NCBI RefSeq assembly: GCF_004010195.1
Contig: NC_057751.1
Location: forward strand, 9,933,457-9,997,456
Direction: 5' to 3'
From: Chiloscyllium plagiosum
Taxonomy: Eukaryota
DNA: 64,000 bases
This document shows positions 36,929-50,299 of the stretch, piece after piece. The position numbers and the translations under genes are program-made. Each line of letters starts with the position of its first letter. Within the stretch, counting starts at the first letter, position 1. The notes beneath the pieces were generated by a model, which searched no databases, was not told the DNA's origin, and saw only the letters and a program-made list of their open reading frames with translations.

Positions 36929-37295
36929 TGCCAACAGCTGACTGCCATGCACCCCCATTGATGATTCCAAAGCCATTGGTAAAATCATCAGTGTGACATT
37001 TGCCTCGATATGTTTCTGTCATAGTAAGATGTGCAGAAGCATAAGAAATAGCCAGCCATTGGAATATTGCATCATCTGGTGTTTCCATGTAACGTATCTT
37101 TTCGCCTTCATCTTCCTCATAATCGTCTCTGCTCTGTTGCCTTCGCCTCACCTCTTCCTCCTCCTCCTCCTCCTCTTGAGGTTTGCCCAGGTTGTATGGG
37201 AAAGTCACCACTTGTTCCCCTCCAAGGAAATTGGCGCCAAGGACAAAAGGGATTTTTTCTAACCATGTTATGATAGCACGTGTTTCCATCGCAAC
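36929..37295 (-). CDS. AEBP1: AEBP1 coding exon with acidic insertion
   Basis: tttcag acceptor; VAMETRAIITWLEKIPFVLGANFLGGEQVVTFPY...E8...ETPDDAIFQWLAISYASAHLTMTETYRG...SAVG; donor gtaagt; 367 nt. The acidic insert before ETPD and WLAISxASAHLT are AEBP1-type features. Confidence 0.94.
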
Positions 37296-38883
37296 CTGAA
37301 AAAAAGACTAATTGTCAAGATTGATTCTAAAATTTGTGCTGTAACAGTGTGAAACTAAATTTTTGTTTCGCAGTCAACATATCTGTTGACAGTCTCCCTG
37401 CATCAATTCAAGAGGCTGTCTTTTCTCATCTCATTATTTGATGTCAGTCACTCTGAGATTACGGAGAATCGAAGGGCTCATGCCCGAACCGTTGATTCTC
37501 CTGCTCCTTGGATGCTGCCTGACCTGCTACGCTTTTCCAGCAACACATTTTCAGCTCTGATCTCCAGCATCTGCAGTCCTCACATTCTCCCACTCCTAGA
37601 TTACCTCAAGATTTACTCAGATATAAACAGAATACTATATGTTGGAAATACTCAGTAGGTCCATGGAAAGGAAGAGCAATTGATGCACACACATTGTTTA
37701 GGTTTAGGCTTGATGATATTTTCCCAGGATTGAATAACATTCAAAATGACAGATTTTAAGAAAATATAGAGGTTGGTAAAGCATTGGGGCTGAACTGAAT
37801 GAAAGGTATGTGATGGGGTGAAACGCAGGAGTTGTTCAATGATAACTGGGTTTATTTTTCCTTCATGTGAAAATGACCATCGTTATCACATGAAATGTTT
37901 TGCAGAGTTCTGGTGGGTATGTGAGTGACTGATCAGGCCAGTTTTTGTCTGGGAGGTTCTGTTGCAAAGACGTCAGGATATTCAGACATGAGAGTCTTGG
38001 ACTGATTAAGTATCTGGCTCAGAATTTCCTCTCCTTGTATTTTCAAGTGGGAAACCGGGCAAGACAAAAAGAGGTGATCGTGGGCACTTAAAGAAACAAA
38101 AGGTAAATCCTGTCTGGTGAAATGGCACCTGCAGACCTGCTGTTTGAAAATAACCAAAGGAGTGGTCATAAACTGAAATTGCCGAACTTGATGGTGAATT
38201 GAATACTGAAAGGGGAGCTTGTGCAATTAACAGAAGATATTTCAATGTCAAAATTGATGGCTGTAGTTGAGGACAATTCTTATGGAAGGCAAGTTGACTA
38301 AATACAATTGAGGGCATCCAAGTTGAGGAGGAAGGAAATACTAGTGTGTGTGGTCTGTGGTATGCTCAGAGCAGATATGAAGCAAGCAGAAAAACTGGGA
38401 AAATGGCATAACATACTTGTTGCAAGCCAAGTGGGAATAAGTGCCGTATATACTCATGTATAGGTTGATATCATGTATAAGTTGACCTCTTATTTTGGTA
38501 AAAACATCTGGTATTTTTGATGTATCTCGTGGATAAGTCAACTCTAGTTTTTCAGGGCTCTCTTCCTGACCCCATATGGAGCCTTAAAAGGGCATGATTT
38601 GCGCATTTTTTTGATTCAAATGCTTTGCTTCCATCATCATATGTCATGTGCACCAGTATATATTTGCACAACGTGATTTTCAAATCGTTAAATTGAATGT
38701 TGATAACTATAGAAACTAAATATATACTGTATATGTTTATTTACGTAATATTTACTTGCATATATTTGACCTGTGCATGCAAATATCCCGGTACCTGCTG
38801 GTCTGCCTATTAACTTTTGTGTAGACTACATGCACTTTACGGTACTGATAATTGGAATATGGTACGAGAGTACCGTTCCACCG

Positions 38884-39677
38884 TGGCTGAATACTTCTGA
38901 TCTCTTTACTGAGAGATATATAATATCTGCAATACTTTAGTATGAAAGTCTCCCTTCACTCCTTGAGTTCATCCAGGTCAAACCATTATTTTCTGCGCTC
39001 AGCTAGACTATTTCAGATATTTCTTGCCCCATTTTTTTCATCGGAGTTGTTGACTAAATGAAGAGCATTCAGATGAATCAACTCCTGAGCCCTTCCTATA
39101 AAAACACCACATATCTGCTGCTTGCTCACCGCGCTTTCTTCTGCTTGGTATTCCTCTGGTATCGGAAGGTGGTGAGTGATGGCTTTTCGTGAACCTCTTG
39201 TTTGGTCTTTTGCGCTCCAGACCATTGAGGTGAGGTCTGGAAAGTTGTCACTGAGATCATGTCCTTCTTCTGTCCAGTGCCCCAGCGCCCAGCTGCTGAG
39301 TTCTGACCCCTGCAGCATAAGTAAAGAAATTTATTTTCTGTATTCTTGTTTTTTGAATCTTAAGCGACTCATCACGAATGGGTTTGCATCAAAGTCTTTA
39401 TTTAATTCACAATTTTGGATACTGCCAATCCAATTTCATTAAAAACTGCAACAAATTGATGCTAATTTGTAATTTTACTCATGAAGTCATGGAAATAACA
39501 TAACACCCCTGTCTGAAGCTGTACATTTACTGAGAAATACAACATTCAACTTCGACCATACCCTGTAGGTATCACCTGATTGGCTGAATACTTCTGATCT
39601 TCTCTTTACTGAGAGATATATAATATCTGCAGTACTTTAGTATGAAAGTCTCCCTTCACTCCTTGAGTTCATCCAGG
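38884..39677 (+). repeat. Pair of near-identical direct repeats of about 95 bp (38884-38977 and 39581-39677)
   Basis: tggctgaatacttctgatc...gagttcatccagg occurs twice. The copies differ by one substitution and a 3-nt indel. Confidence 0.95.
39130..39309 (-). CDS. AEBP1: AEBP1 coding exon
   Basis: ctgcag acceptor; GSELSSWALGHWTEEGHDLSDNFPDLTSMVWSAKDQTRGSRKAITHHLPIPEEYQAEESA; donor gtgagc; 180 nt, phase 0-0. Confidence 0.94.
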
Positions 39678-39749
39678 CGTGATGTCGCAATCAATAGTAC
39701 AATTGTCAGTTCTACATGTGAGGACCCATCAACCAGTTATTTCCAATCA

Positions 39750-39965
<216 letters not shown>

Positions 39966-40231
39966 TTAATTTATCAAGTGTGAACACTAATACAGTGTTA
40001 ATTCCAGAGAAAATAAGCCAGAATAATGTCAGTCTTCCAAAATAATCCTGCATGCAATTCTTTTCACTCCTTTGACTGTGGTGAAAATATTTGCCAGACA
40101 GTAGTTCCAAAAGAATAAACACACAAGCATACAAATTATCAAGAAGAATAGAACAGTTTCCCCCTCGAACCTCATTTTTTTAACATCATAGCTGATCTTT
40201 TTGTGCCATCTGACTCGACTTTCCCCTCAAT

Positions 40232-40570
40232 GGGGTGGCATGGTGGCTCAGTGGTTAGTGCTGCTTCCTCACAGCACCAGGGACCTGGGTTCGATTCCCA
40301 CCTCTGGCAACTGTCTGTGTGGAGTTTGCACATTGTCCCCATTGCCTGAGTGGGTTTCCTCCGGGTACTCCGGTTTCCTCCCACAGTCCAAAGATATGCA
40401 GGTCAGGTGAATTGGCCTTGCTACATTGTCCGTAGTGTTAGGCACATAAGTCAGGGGTATATGTAGGGTGGGGGAATGGGTCTGGGTGGGCTACTCTTTG
40501 GAGGGTTGGTGTGGACTTGTTGGGCTGAAGGGCCTGTTTCCATTATGAAGGGAATCTCATCCAATTTAAT
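40232..40570 (+). mobile_element. tRNA-derived SINE, HE1/V-SINE-like
   Basis: A-box tggctcagtgg, B-box ggttcgattcc, central domain gtggagtttgcaca and CR1-like tail. Homologous to 24165-24470. Confidence 0.88.
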
Positions 40571-41240
40571 CCTGTTCAAACATCTACCAAACTCAGCCAA
40601 ACTAATACTCTATGAGCCAACCTGCATAGCAGTCTGTGTTAGAGGTTCCAAAGACATTGATCCTCAGAGAAAGATATCCTCCTCGGCTCCACCTTAACTC
40701 AACGATCCCTTATTTTTAAATGTTGTACCTTAGTTCTTGTGTTTCTCCAAGTGGAAAATCTTCTGAGCATCCGTGCCACTCTCAAATCCCATGAGGATGT
40801 TATACATTTCAGTAAGATCACCTCACATTTTCCTAACTGCAAATGATAACAGGCCAAATCTGCCCAACTATTCCTCACAAAATAACCCGTTCATCCTCAA
40901 TCAGTCAAGTGGGTTTTCTCTGAAAATATATCCTTTCTCATGGTAAAAAACCAAGACTGAACAGTTTTTCAGATCTTACTTCAACACCCTGCGCAACTAG
41001 AGCAAAACTTTCCTACTTTTCTATTCAACCAAATAACAATCCTTTTTTTCCTTCATCACTTGCTGTGTCTGCATGCTAGTCTTTTGAGATTTACATGCCG
41101 TGAGATCCAGATCCCTCTATATTGCAGAATTTTGCAATATTTTCCCTTTTCAGTAAATTACTGCTTTCTTCTCAAATGGCTACTCTTTGTATGTGAATTG
41201 AACAGTAAATTTTTGGAGGACTTTTGTTTGATATTCATCA

Positions 41241-41429
<189 letters not shown>

Positions 41430-41769
41430 CTAAGAGACAATTCAAGTGTTAAGTATTTTCACTGATTAAATAATTATGCACTAAAAGCGGAGATCAGTGT
41501 CAAAGTTGGAGGATGAATGAGTGGAACAAAAATTCACAATTCTTAGCTCAGTTTTCATCAAACCGCATTCTGTATTGTGCATGACTGACTGACTTATTTT
41601 ATCCCATGACTAAGTAAAGAACGAGAGAAGATCACACAGCATCAAATTTCCAGTGACTTTGGAAAACTATCAAGCAAAAACCAGAAGATAAGCATCCAAT
41701 ATGACATTACCAAATTATGCTACATTACATCAGTAATGTTTCCTTGGCCACAGTATCTCAAATTGTACT

Positions 41770-42472
41770 ATGTTAAAAATCACACAACACCACATTGTAA
41801 ACCAGCAGGTTTATTTGGAAGCACTAGCTTTTGAGGTGCTGCTCCTTCTTCAGCTGCTTGTGGAGTATAAGAGCGGAAGACACAGAATTTGTAGCAAAAG
41901 TTTAAAATATTATGCAACTAAAATTATATATTGAAAAAGACCTGGATTGTCTATTACGTGTCTCATCTTTTAGAATCAGCATGTCGGTTTCAGTTCTTTC
42001 ATGTGTAAATCCCAGAACTTTTTTTTAAAAAGTTACATTCTCAAGTGAACTTTAACAATAGGTGCCATGTCAGCTCAGATGATGCACTGAAAGTAGGAGG
42101 TGCCCTGTGTGAGGCTGTCTGTGACCCAATGTTTAGACTGATTCTATTTCTAAAGGAGGGAATTACAGAATCTTACATGGATTCATGCAGTTTTTGAGCA
42201 AAATAAAATGTACTTCTGCAAGTACAAATTCATCCCACAAACTTATATATGTGCTTGTGGGGGTGGTGGGGGGTATGAGTGAATGTCTGTGGGTGTGTGT
42301 GTGAATGTGAATGTAAAGGTAGAAGTCTGTGAGAGGGTGTGTATGTGTAAGCATATGAGTGTATGAGAGAGGGTCCACGTCAGTGTATGAGTCTGTAGCA
42401 GTGTGTGCGTGTGTATGCAAGAGACAGCGTGTATCATGCATTGGGGTCACCTGTAGTGTGACATGAACCAAA
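41770..42472 (-). mobile_element. Probable Penelope-derived element with 12-bp TSD and degenerate (TG)n tract
   Basis: tcaaattgtact at 41758-41769 and 42473-42484. The minus strand has a degenerate hammerhead-like ctgaagaaggagc...aaaagctag near 41825-41855, and there is a TG-rich tract at about 42255-42435. Confidence 0.65.
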
Positions 42473-42958
42473 TCAAATTGTACTGTAAGACTACTCAATC
42501 ACCTCAAAGTATCCCAATGGTTTTGACTTGCTCTTAAAAACATATAAAATGCCTTTATATTTCCCTAACCGCTAATATTACTGGACCAGTTCAAAATATG
42601 CAACCATGATCTGGTGAACAATTTTGTTTCTCTCCAAAGGAGCACACATACTGTCCAACACAATTTATCTGCAATGTTTAACTGATTAAGCAGAGTCATG
42701 CAGGAATTCTTGTGAACACTTGCTGGCAAATTAAGGAGTACAGAAAATTGAGGAGGAAAGCAGGAAGCAAATAGAGGACACAGACAATTCAATATTTGGA
42801 CAGTTATCTGGCAATGCATGTAAGCAAGAAGTAGAATGGTTTGTTTTCAATGCTTCCCTTGAGAACTGAAATTCACTGTTCAAAATGAGCTGCTGTTGAC
42901 TATGAACTACAGTACGACTGAACATGCCTTGAGCTGCTACAAACTGCATTGGCCATAC

Positions 42959-43041
42959 CTGTCGCATATCCTTGTAGTTATGATGCCTGAAATCAAGACC
43001 TTCTTCTGGACTCAGTTCATTGGGTTCATATTGATTGGAAT
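42959..43041 (-). CDS. AEBP1: AEBP1 coding exon (linker / start of carboxypeptidase domain)
   Basis: tcccag acceptor; (D)SNQYEPNELSPEEGLDFRHHNYKDMRQ; donor gtatgg; 83 nt. Confidence 0.94.
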
Positions 43042-44635
43042 CTGGGAGATAGGCATAGCAAATGTTATAGTTTTCAATTGTGCAATGATAACTGCAATTT
43101 GTACAACCAAATCTGAATTACAACATTTCAAAAATATACTGAGCAGCAAAATGGAGAAAGTTGTTTTGTTGGTTGGGACATTTGTAATGTGAGGAAAAGG
43201 TGGGAAATTAACACTGGAAGATATAAGGATGAGATTAAAAGAAGTGTGTTCAAATGCAGTACATTCCCCAAGAGGTTGCTCTTTGGATGAAAATTGGACT
43301 GATATGATTTCTGGCTTGCTGTAGTCATGTGATCTCTGCCATGAGACACTTATGCAGGCAGCTGTCGAACAAGTTGTTGACTGAGGACACAGTGCAAACA
43401 AGACTGTTGTTCTGTAAGCTAGTAACATGGTGTCAGGGTAGAGCTGACATTGACCCTGTACACAAGCAGAGCAACTAAAGAACACGTGAACATTCAGAGC
43501 TGTTGAAAGTTGCTAGAAGCCCCACAAAATGAACCAAGAAAACAGCTCCAGCTGAAAGCTGAGTAAAACACAATAGTGACAAATTTTCCTCTTGATGCCA
43601 GTTGAAATTGAAAGTGTATAGCTGAAAGTGATGAAGCATATTTCATCTGAAATTTCTCTGAAGAAAAGATGGTAGAAACATTGAAAAACTTGAATGCATG
43701 CTTTGAACCAAAACTGAATGTCACATTTAAACAGTATGTATTCAACATTCAAGAGCCTATTGACTACATTAATACAGCTTGCAGAATCATGTGAAATCAG
43801 GCATCTAAAGTATGATCTCATCAAGGATAGAATTATCTCATGCTTTTACGGCCTGACTATGATAGCGTGGCTCTGGCTTAGTGGTGCTGGAAGAGCACAG
43901 CAGTTCAGTCGGCATCCGAGGAGCAGTAAAGCGTGGCAGTTGAGGGAACAGAATTTGACTCAAAGAAGTTATAAACTCAGATGATCTCTGAGTTTTTAAG
44001 TCAATAGCTACACCACACCTGGGAGAACTGGCCAGTTTGTCTACAATAAGGATAGCAGCCCGCAACTCTGCACTATTTTGAAAAATAGCTTCAACTATTC
44101 AAGTGCAATAGTATGGTGAAAACCAACAAGTTTCCACAAAGTGGACAGGAGAAAGTTCAAGGTGGAAATACAAGTTGCAGAGGTCATAGTGCAAAACCTA
44201 GACAAAGCAGGTCTAGCAGAGAGAAAACAGTATTTTTTATTTTCATAAGTTAAACACTTTGCTCACAAATGTTTAGATTGGAAGAAGGAAATTCATAAAG
44301 CCAACCGTGATAACTGCTTTTGAGATGTTGGACAGATGGTCCGACAACTCAGGTCTAAGTACGGAAGAGATGTCAAGCAAAGATTGGCACATTTCAATCT
44401 ATTGAACAGGTTGGCAAATTAATTCTCAAGGTGGAAAATGGTTTAGAGCTATTACAATGAAGACAGCAGAATGACAGCATCAAACAAATACAAAACCCCA
44501 GTCAAATACTGATGTTGACTTCAACATTATGAGCTTCATGGACCTGAGTAGAGGCTCTGTGATGGAATGATTCTTAGCCTGAAAGGTCACATTAGTCTGA
44601 AAGCCCTTTGCAATGAAAACATAGCTAGGACTGAA

Positions 44636-44855
44636 GAGTGGGTTTCCTCCGGGTTCTCCAGTTTCCTCCCACAATTCAAAGATGTGCAGGTTAGATTGCC
44701 TGTAGTGTCAGGGATACGTAGGTTAGGTGCATTAGTCAGGGGTAAATGGAAAGTAATAGCCTAAGGGAATGAGTATGGGTGGGTTATTCTTTGGACGGTT
44801 GGTGTGTACTTGTTGGGCCGAATGACCTGTTTCCACACTTTAGGGATTCTATGAT
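44636..44855 (+). mobile_element. 5'-truncated HE1-like SINE
   Basis: gtgggtttcctccgggttctccagtttcctcccaca...gttgggccgaatgacctgtttcc is homologous to the 3' half of 40232-40570. Confidence 0.8.
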
Positions 44856-45311
44856 CTGGAATTTCAGGTGCACCTGAGAAAGTCACACATCTCAGCAGAA
44901 GCAATTTGAGAACTTGGACAAATAATTCTAAATATGGCAAAAAGGCTTCATTTTTTTTCTAAGCCACGAACAAATGAACACTGATACAGTAAAGGTCTGA
45001 CCTTCGACCCAAAAATGAAACTTGATGCCACAGTCAAATATACAGAAAAGAATTGCATTGCTACACACAGGTAATGCATCTCAAGGTAAGGGATTGTCCA
45101 AGACAATAGTGTATATCAGAACAATTAACTAAGAATATTTTGAAACAGATTTACAGAGTATATAATTCCTACCAGCAGATGCTGGAGGAAAAACTGACAA
45201 CCTACATGCATGATACATGTGTAAGGTGATGAACAAAAGACAGACAATGGAATAAGGAGCAGTTTTGCTGATGCATAAATATAATTGTTTCCATATTGGA
45301 TAACTTGAGTC

Positions 45312-46585
45312 ACTGCTGAAAATGTGTTGCTAGAAAAGCGCAGCAGGTCAGGCAGCATCCAAGGAGCAGGAGAATCGACGTTTCGGGCATGAGCCCTTCT
45401 TCAGGAATGAGGAAAGTGTACCAAAGCAGGCTAAGATAAAAGGTAGGGAGGAGGGACTTGGGGGAGGGGCGTTGGAAATGCGATAGGTGGAAGCAGGTTA
45501 AGGTGAGGGTGATAGGCCGGAATGGGGGTGGGCACGGAGAGGTCAGGAACAAGATTGCAGGTTAGGAAGGTGGTGCTGAGTTCGAGGGTTGGAACTGAGA
45601 CAAGGTGGGAGGGGAAATGAGGAAACTGGAGAAATCTGAGTTCATCCCTTGTGGTTGGAGGGTTCCTAGGCGGAAGATGAGGCACTCTTCCTCCAGCCAT
45701 CGTGTTGCTATGGTCTGGCGATGGAGGAGTCCAAGGACCTGCATGTCCTTGGTGGAGTGGGAGGGGGAGTTGAAGTGTTGAGCCATGGGCTGGGTTGGTT
45801 GGTCCGGGTGTCCCAGAGGTGTTCTCTGAAACGTTCTGCAAGTAGGCAGCCTGTCTCCCCAATATAGAGGAGGCCGCAGCGGATGCAGTAAATGATGTGT
45901 GTGGAGGTGCAGGTGAATTTGTGGAGGATATGGAAGGATTCCTTGGGGCCTTGGAGGGAAGTAAGAGGGGAGGTGTGGATGCAAGTTGAGCATTTCTTGC
46001 GGTTGCAGGGGAAGGTGCCATGAGTGGAGGTTGGGTTGGTGGGGGGTGTGGACCTGACGAGGGAGTCACTGAGGGAGTGGTCTTTTCGGAACGCCGATAC
46101 GGGAAGGGAGGGAAATATATTCTTGGTGGTGGGGTCTGTTGTTTGGAGGTGGCGGAAATGACGAAGGATGATACGATGTATATGGAAGTTGGTGGGGTGG
46201 TAGGTGAGGACCAGTGGGGTTCTGTCCTGGTGGCGATTGGAGGGGCGGGGCTCAAGGGTGGAGGAGCAGGAAGTGGAGGAGATATGGTGGAGAATATCGT
46301 CAACCATGTCTGGGGGAAATTGTGGTCTTTGAAGAAGGAAGCCATCTGGATTGTTCGGTATTGGAACTAGTCCTCCTGGGAGCAAATGCGGCGGAGGCGA
46401 AGGAATTGGGAATATGGGATAGCGTTTTTACAGGGGGCAGGGTGGGAGGAGGTGTTGGCTAGGTAACTGTGGGAGTCGGTCGGTTTATCGTAAATGTCCG
46501 TGTTGATTCGGTCTCCCGAGGTAGAAATGGAGAGGTCTAGGAAGGGGAGGGAGGAGTCTGAGACGGTCCAGGTAAATTTGAGGTC
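45312..46585 (-). mobile_element. Penelope-like element 3' portion (RT thumb, Cys-rich linker, GIY-YIG)
   Basis: LPFLDLSIS...DIYDKPTDSHSYL...IPYSQFLRLRRICS, PLVLTYHP, CNRKKCSTC and FTCTSTHIIYCIRCGLLYIGETG...RFREH. Frameshifted; ends in a hammerhead-like ctgaagaagggctcatgcccgaaacgtcg. Confidence 0.9.
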
Positions 46586-48009
46586 TAACTTTGTAACTCC
46601 CAGTTTATTTTCTTTGGTTTGAAAGGAGCGATGTTTGAATGGGAATTGGACAAACATGCTTCCTGGCTTACTGTAATTGTATGACTTCTGCCATAAAGCA
46701 CTCATGAGGGCAAACTGGCCAGTAATATAACAACAGAAGAAGAGCTTGTAAAAATATATGAAAATGAGAGAGCTGAAATCCATACACCCCTGAGAGAATG
46801 AGGCTGAGAAAATATTAATGGGAAACCAGGAAATGGCCCTTGGTCTTCATGGTAGAAGACAATCATTCTATCCCCAAAGTACAGAGTAATCAAGGGGCAA
46901 AAGGAGGGATAAAAATAAACATAACAGTTATCACAAGAGAAAAAGTAATCGAGACACTAGTTGAGTTTCTACTCTTTGAAGTTGTGAGGAGACCTTATTG
47001 AAACATACAACATTCTAAGGAGTCTTGACAAGGTCGCTGCAGTGAATTATTTACCCTTGTGGGACTACCTAGGGCTCAAGGGCATAATCTCTGAGTGAGC
47101 AGTCACCATTTAAGACAGAGATAAGGATAATGTCTTTTCTCAGAGGTTAGGGAGTCTTGGGATTCTTTACCACAAGGTACTATTGAGACTGGGTTGTTAA
47201 CTATATTCAGGGTTGCAATAGATAGCTTTTTCATTTCTAAGGGAATCAAGGCTTCTGGGGAAAGGTGGGACAGTGAAATTGAATCTATCTGTTGTCAGCC
47301 ATGAAATCGAGTGATGGAGCAGAATCAAAAGACCCAATGGCCTACTTTTGCTCTGCCATCTTTTGGACTTACGATCGCTTACTGCAGGCAGCCAGCTCAC
47401 AAATAGTTCAGTCAAAGCTGTTGTCCTGTGATCTTGGAATTGCTACTGAAACAGAGACATCAACTTCAGATCTGTTGCACAGAAACAGACCCATTGGTCC
47501 ATCTGGGTCTATGTGGGCATTTATGCACCGGGTTAGATGTTGCTCACCTAACCCCAATTGCATACTATTCCATTTCGTTCTTCCTCGTATACTGATCAAG
47601 ATCCCTGTGGATATGGAGACAGATCATTTGAAGAGTCTAAACTAGCAGTACAGTCACTGGGTTGGAACACTTTGAAAGATAAAATCTTACTTTCATAATA
47701 AATGTGCATTTGCCATGGTCTCGCATTTCGAACTTCAATTCAGTGGAAATTATTAACTGCTGACACCAGCACTTCCAAATGACTCCTTCAGCTCTCAGAA
47801 TTAACATTGACATGTTTATCATTCAAATTTTACAGGATAGTGACTGAATTTGGGCATCCATCTATTTTGAGAAACAATGGACTGTGCCCAGGCTGTGTGT
47901 CATTTGTGGATTGAGCACTTTTGTTGTGACTGTGGATGCCAATTTATGAGTGGCAGTCCCTTCTTCACAATTGATAAAACTGGCTTGAGGTTGACTGATT
48001 TTTATTCCT

Positions 48010-48137
48010 GTCGAGATTGTGGTGCTGGAAAAGCACAGCAGGTCAGGCAGCATCCAAGGAGCAGGAGAATAGATGTTTCAGGCAAGAGCCCTTCATCAGG
48101 AGCCCTCCAGCATCTGCAGTCCTCACTTTCTCCTCGT
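48010..48137. repeat. Short Penelope-derived repeat, internally inverted, with 14-bp TSD
   Basis: tgatttttattcct at 47996-48009 and 48138-48151 flanks two oppositely oriented pieces of the same repeat. Confidence 0.75.
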
Positions 48138-49196
48138 TGATTTTTATTCCTTCCTGCTGGCTTTCTTTGCTGCCATCTGTTCATTTCTTTTGTCCTCTGC
48201 TTTTCCCTTCTTGACTACTTGTCTCCAGGCTCTCCAGTCAGTTCAATTTCCCATGCATCAACTTGGATCGCTGTTAATTTGAGATTTCTCTTGCAAAATC
48301 CCTGTATTGTGGATAAGGGTAATCTCTTGGTCTTGTGTTGATTGGCTCTTTGAGGTCATGGCCGTCATCCTTTTTGGTTGATGTGACTGATCCAACAGAG
48401 TCGCTGCTGATCAAGAGAGCAAACGTGCTGGACCCCCAAATTCAGCTTTCTGTCATGCCAGCAGATGCACAATATTCCTGTGAAGCAGCTGAATTGTGAG
48501 CTGTTCTTAGAGGTTATTGAACTGTGAGCTGTTCAGCCTTTCTTTGGCTTGCAGCTGTTGTCCTTGCTTTGTTCTTATACTTGTAATGGTTCCTATCTTT
48601 GTCTTCAAGAGACTATACTCAGTTGTTCCTCAATTTCTTCATTATGATATCTTCAGAAAACAATGCACGAAGCCAGAGTGTGGCATCAGAAGTGGGATCA
48701 TCTGTGCAACACCATCTCACTCTGCACTTCATCTATACATGCAGTAAAATCAGAATAATGATGACTTTGAGGCTTCTGTCAGTGAAATGGAGCCAGTTAC
48801 TGCAACCAAGAGGAGATTTCTCAAGAACTCAACAGCCAGTTCCGAGCAAACAAAATCAAAATTCAAGCATCAAGTCTCACAGACTGCTCAGCATTGCACC
48901 AATCAGTTGAAACTCTCCAGCAGCATGCAATCTGCTGCGGAATCCACTGATTCCAGAAGGATGCATGCAGGAATCTGGTAAACAATCGGCTCAGCAACCA
49001 CATATCAGCTGTCTTGAAGACAGTACAGAGTAAACATTTATCTGTGTATTCTGTTTAATATGTAGTACACACAGTAAAGACAGCCATGCAATATGTGTTT
49101 TGTAGAACACATAGGAATAACACATACATGCATCACACATGCCAAAATGCTGCAGTGCACACATGATATTGTCTTTGCCTGTGAGAAAATTATTAC

Positions 49197-49341
49197 CTGA
49201 CACTGGACAGCCGAGTACCTCCATTCTCATGCACAGACTTCCATTCCAGCTTTGTGGATTAATTCGGATGAAGCGAGCAACAACGGTTTCTGGAAATTCA
49301 TTCAGAACTGGAGTGTCAGTATCCACATTCCCATAAAATAG
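49197..49341 (-). CDS. AEBP1: AEBP1 coding exon (discoidin/F5-8 type C domain C-terminus)
   Basis: ctgtag acceptor; [48 protein letters not shown]; donor gtaata; 145 nt. Confidence 0.95.
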
Positions 49342-50299
49342 CTACAGAAATGGAAGGATATCAGTTAGTCATCACTGTTGTATTCTAAATTATTTAATAA
49401 TTCTGTATGGAAAATTCATTTATACAAAAGCTTGTTTGGATGTGTCCAGCTCCAATAGTACTCAAGAAACCTGACACCATCCAGTACAAAGCAGCCCACT
49501 TGATTGGCACCATATCCACAAACATCCATTCCCTCCACCACTGACATTCAGATGCAGCAGTGTGTATGACTGACAGGATACACTGCAGAAATTCGCTAAA
49601 GGTCCTCAGACAGTAGCTTCCAACCCATGGCCACTACCATCAAGAAAGACGACAGCAGATACATGGGATCACCACCAACTGCAAGTTCTCCTCTAAGCCA
49701 CTCACCATCCTGACTTGGAAATATATCACCATTCTTTCAATGTCGCTGGGTCACAACCCTGGAATTTCCTCCCTAATGGTATTGTGGGTCGACCTACAGC
49801 ACATGGACTGCAGCAATTCAAGAATGCAGCTCACCACTACCTTCTCAAGGACAACCAGGGACAGAAAATAAATTCCAGTGATGCCCACATCCTACAGGTG
49901 AGCACAAAAACACCTGCTTGCATCATTCAGGATCAGTCAACATTTCTGTATTATTTCTGGTATGTTTCCACAAAGGCTGAGGTGCTCATGAAACAGTGCA
50001 GACTGATAAAATGAAGCATAAAATACTCTGATCAGAAACTCTGTTAGTCCCATGATTAAGTATTTCCATTTTAAATCTCATACAAAAACTATGTTTCCCT
50101 TCTGGGACGATATGATTTGAGACTGCAGGACTGTCAAATCTGATTCTCTCTATTCTAAATTTCTTGTCCAGATTGAGATTAGCCAACTCAGGCCAGATTG
50201 CATATTCAACCTGAAGCTTTTTTGACCCCATTTGGCTTTGTACCACATTCAAAGAATTCTGTAATTCTGTAGGAGCTTGAGTGAAATGATTATGCCACA

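Larger units (their letters stand above)
43280..46720 (+). mobile_element. Degenerate Gypsy-type LTR retrotransposon with nested insertions
   Basis: 5' LTR about 43280-43427 ending CA, then PBS-like TGGTGTCAGG (tRNA-Leu) at 43428. Gag-like remnant LAESCEIRHLKYDLIKDRI and protease-like NTDVDFNIMS at about 44503-44535. Purine tract gaaaggagcga (46621-46631) precedes a homologous 3' LTR starting TG at 46632, whose end is uncertain. Confidence 0.65.

Noticed and set aside
40232..40310. tRNA-like sequence with A and B boxes
   Set aside because: It is the head of a SINE that continues into the central domain and LINE-like tail, not a tRNA gene.
48681..48698. TGGCATCAGAAGTGGGAT, 16/18 match to a tRNA-Leu PBS
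   Set aside because: No preceding LTR end (CA), paired LTR or gag remnant could be identified, so no element is called.
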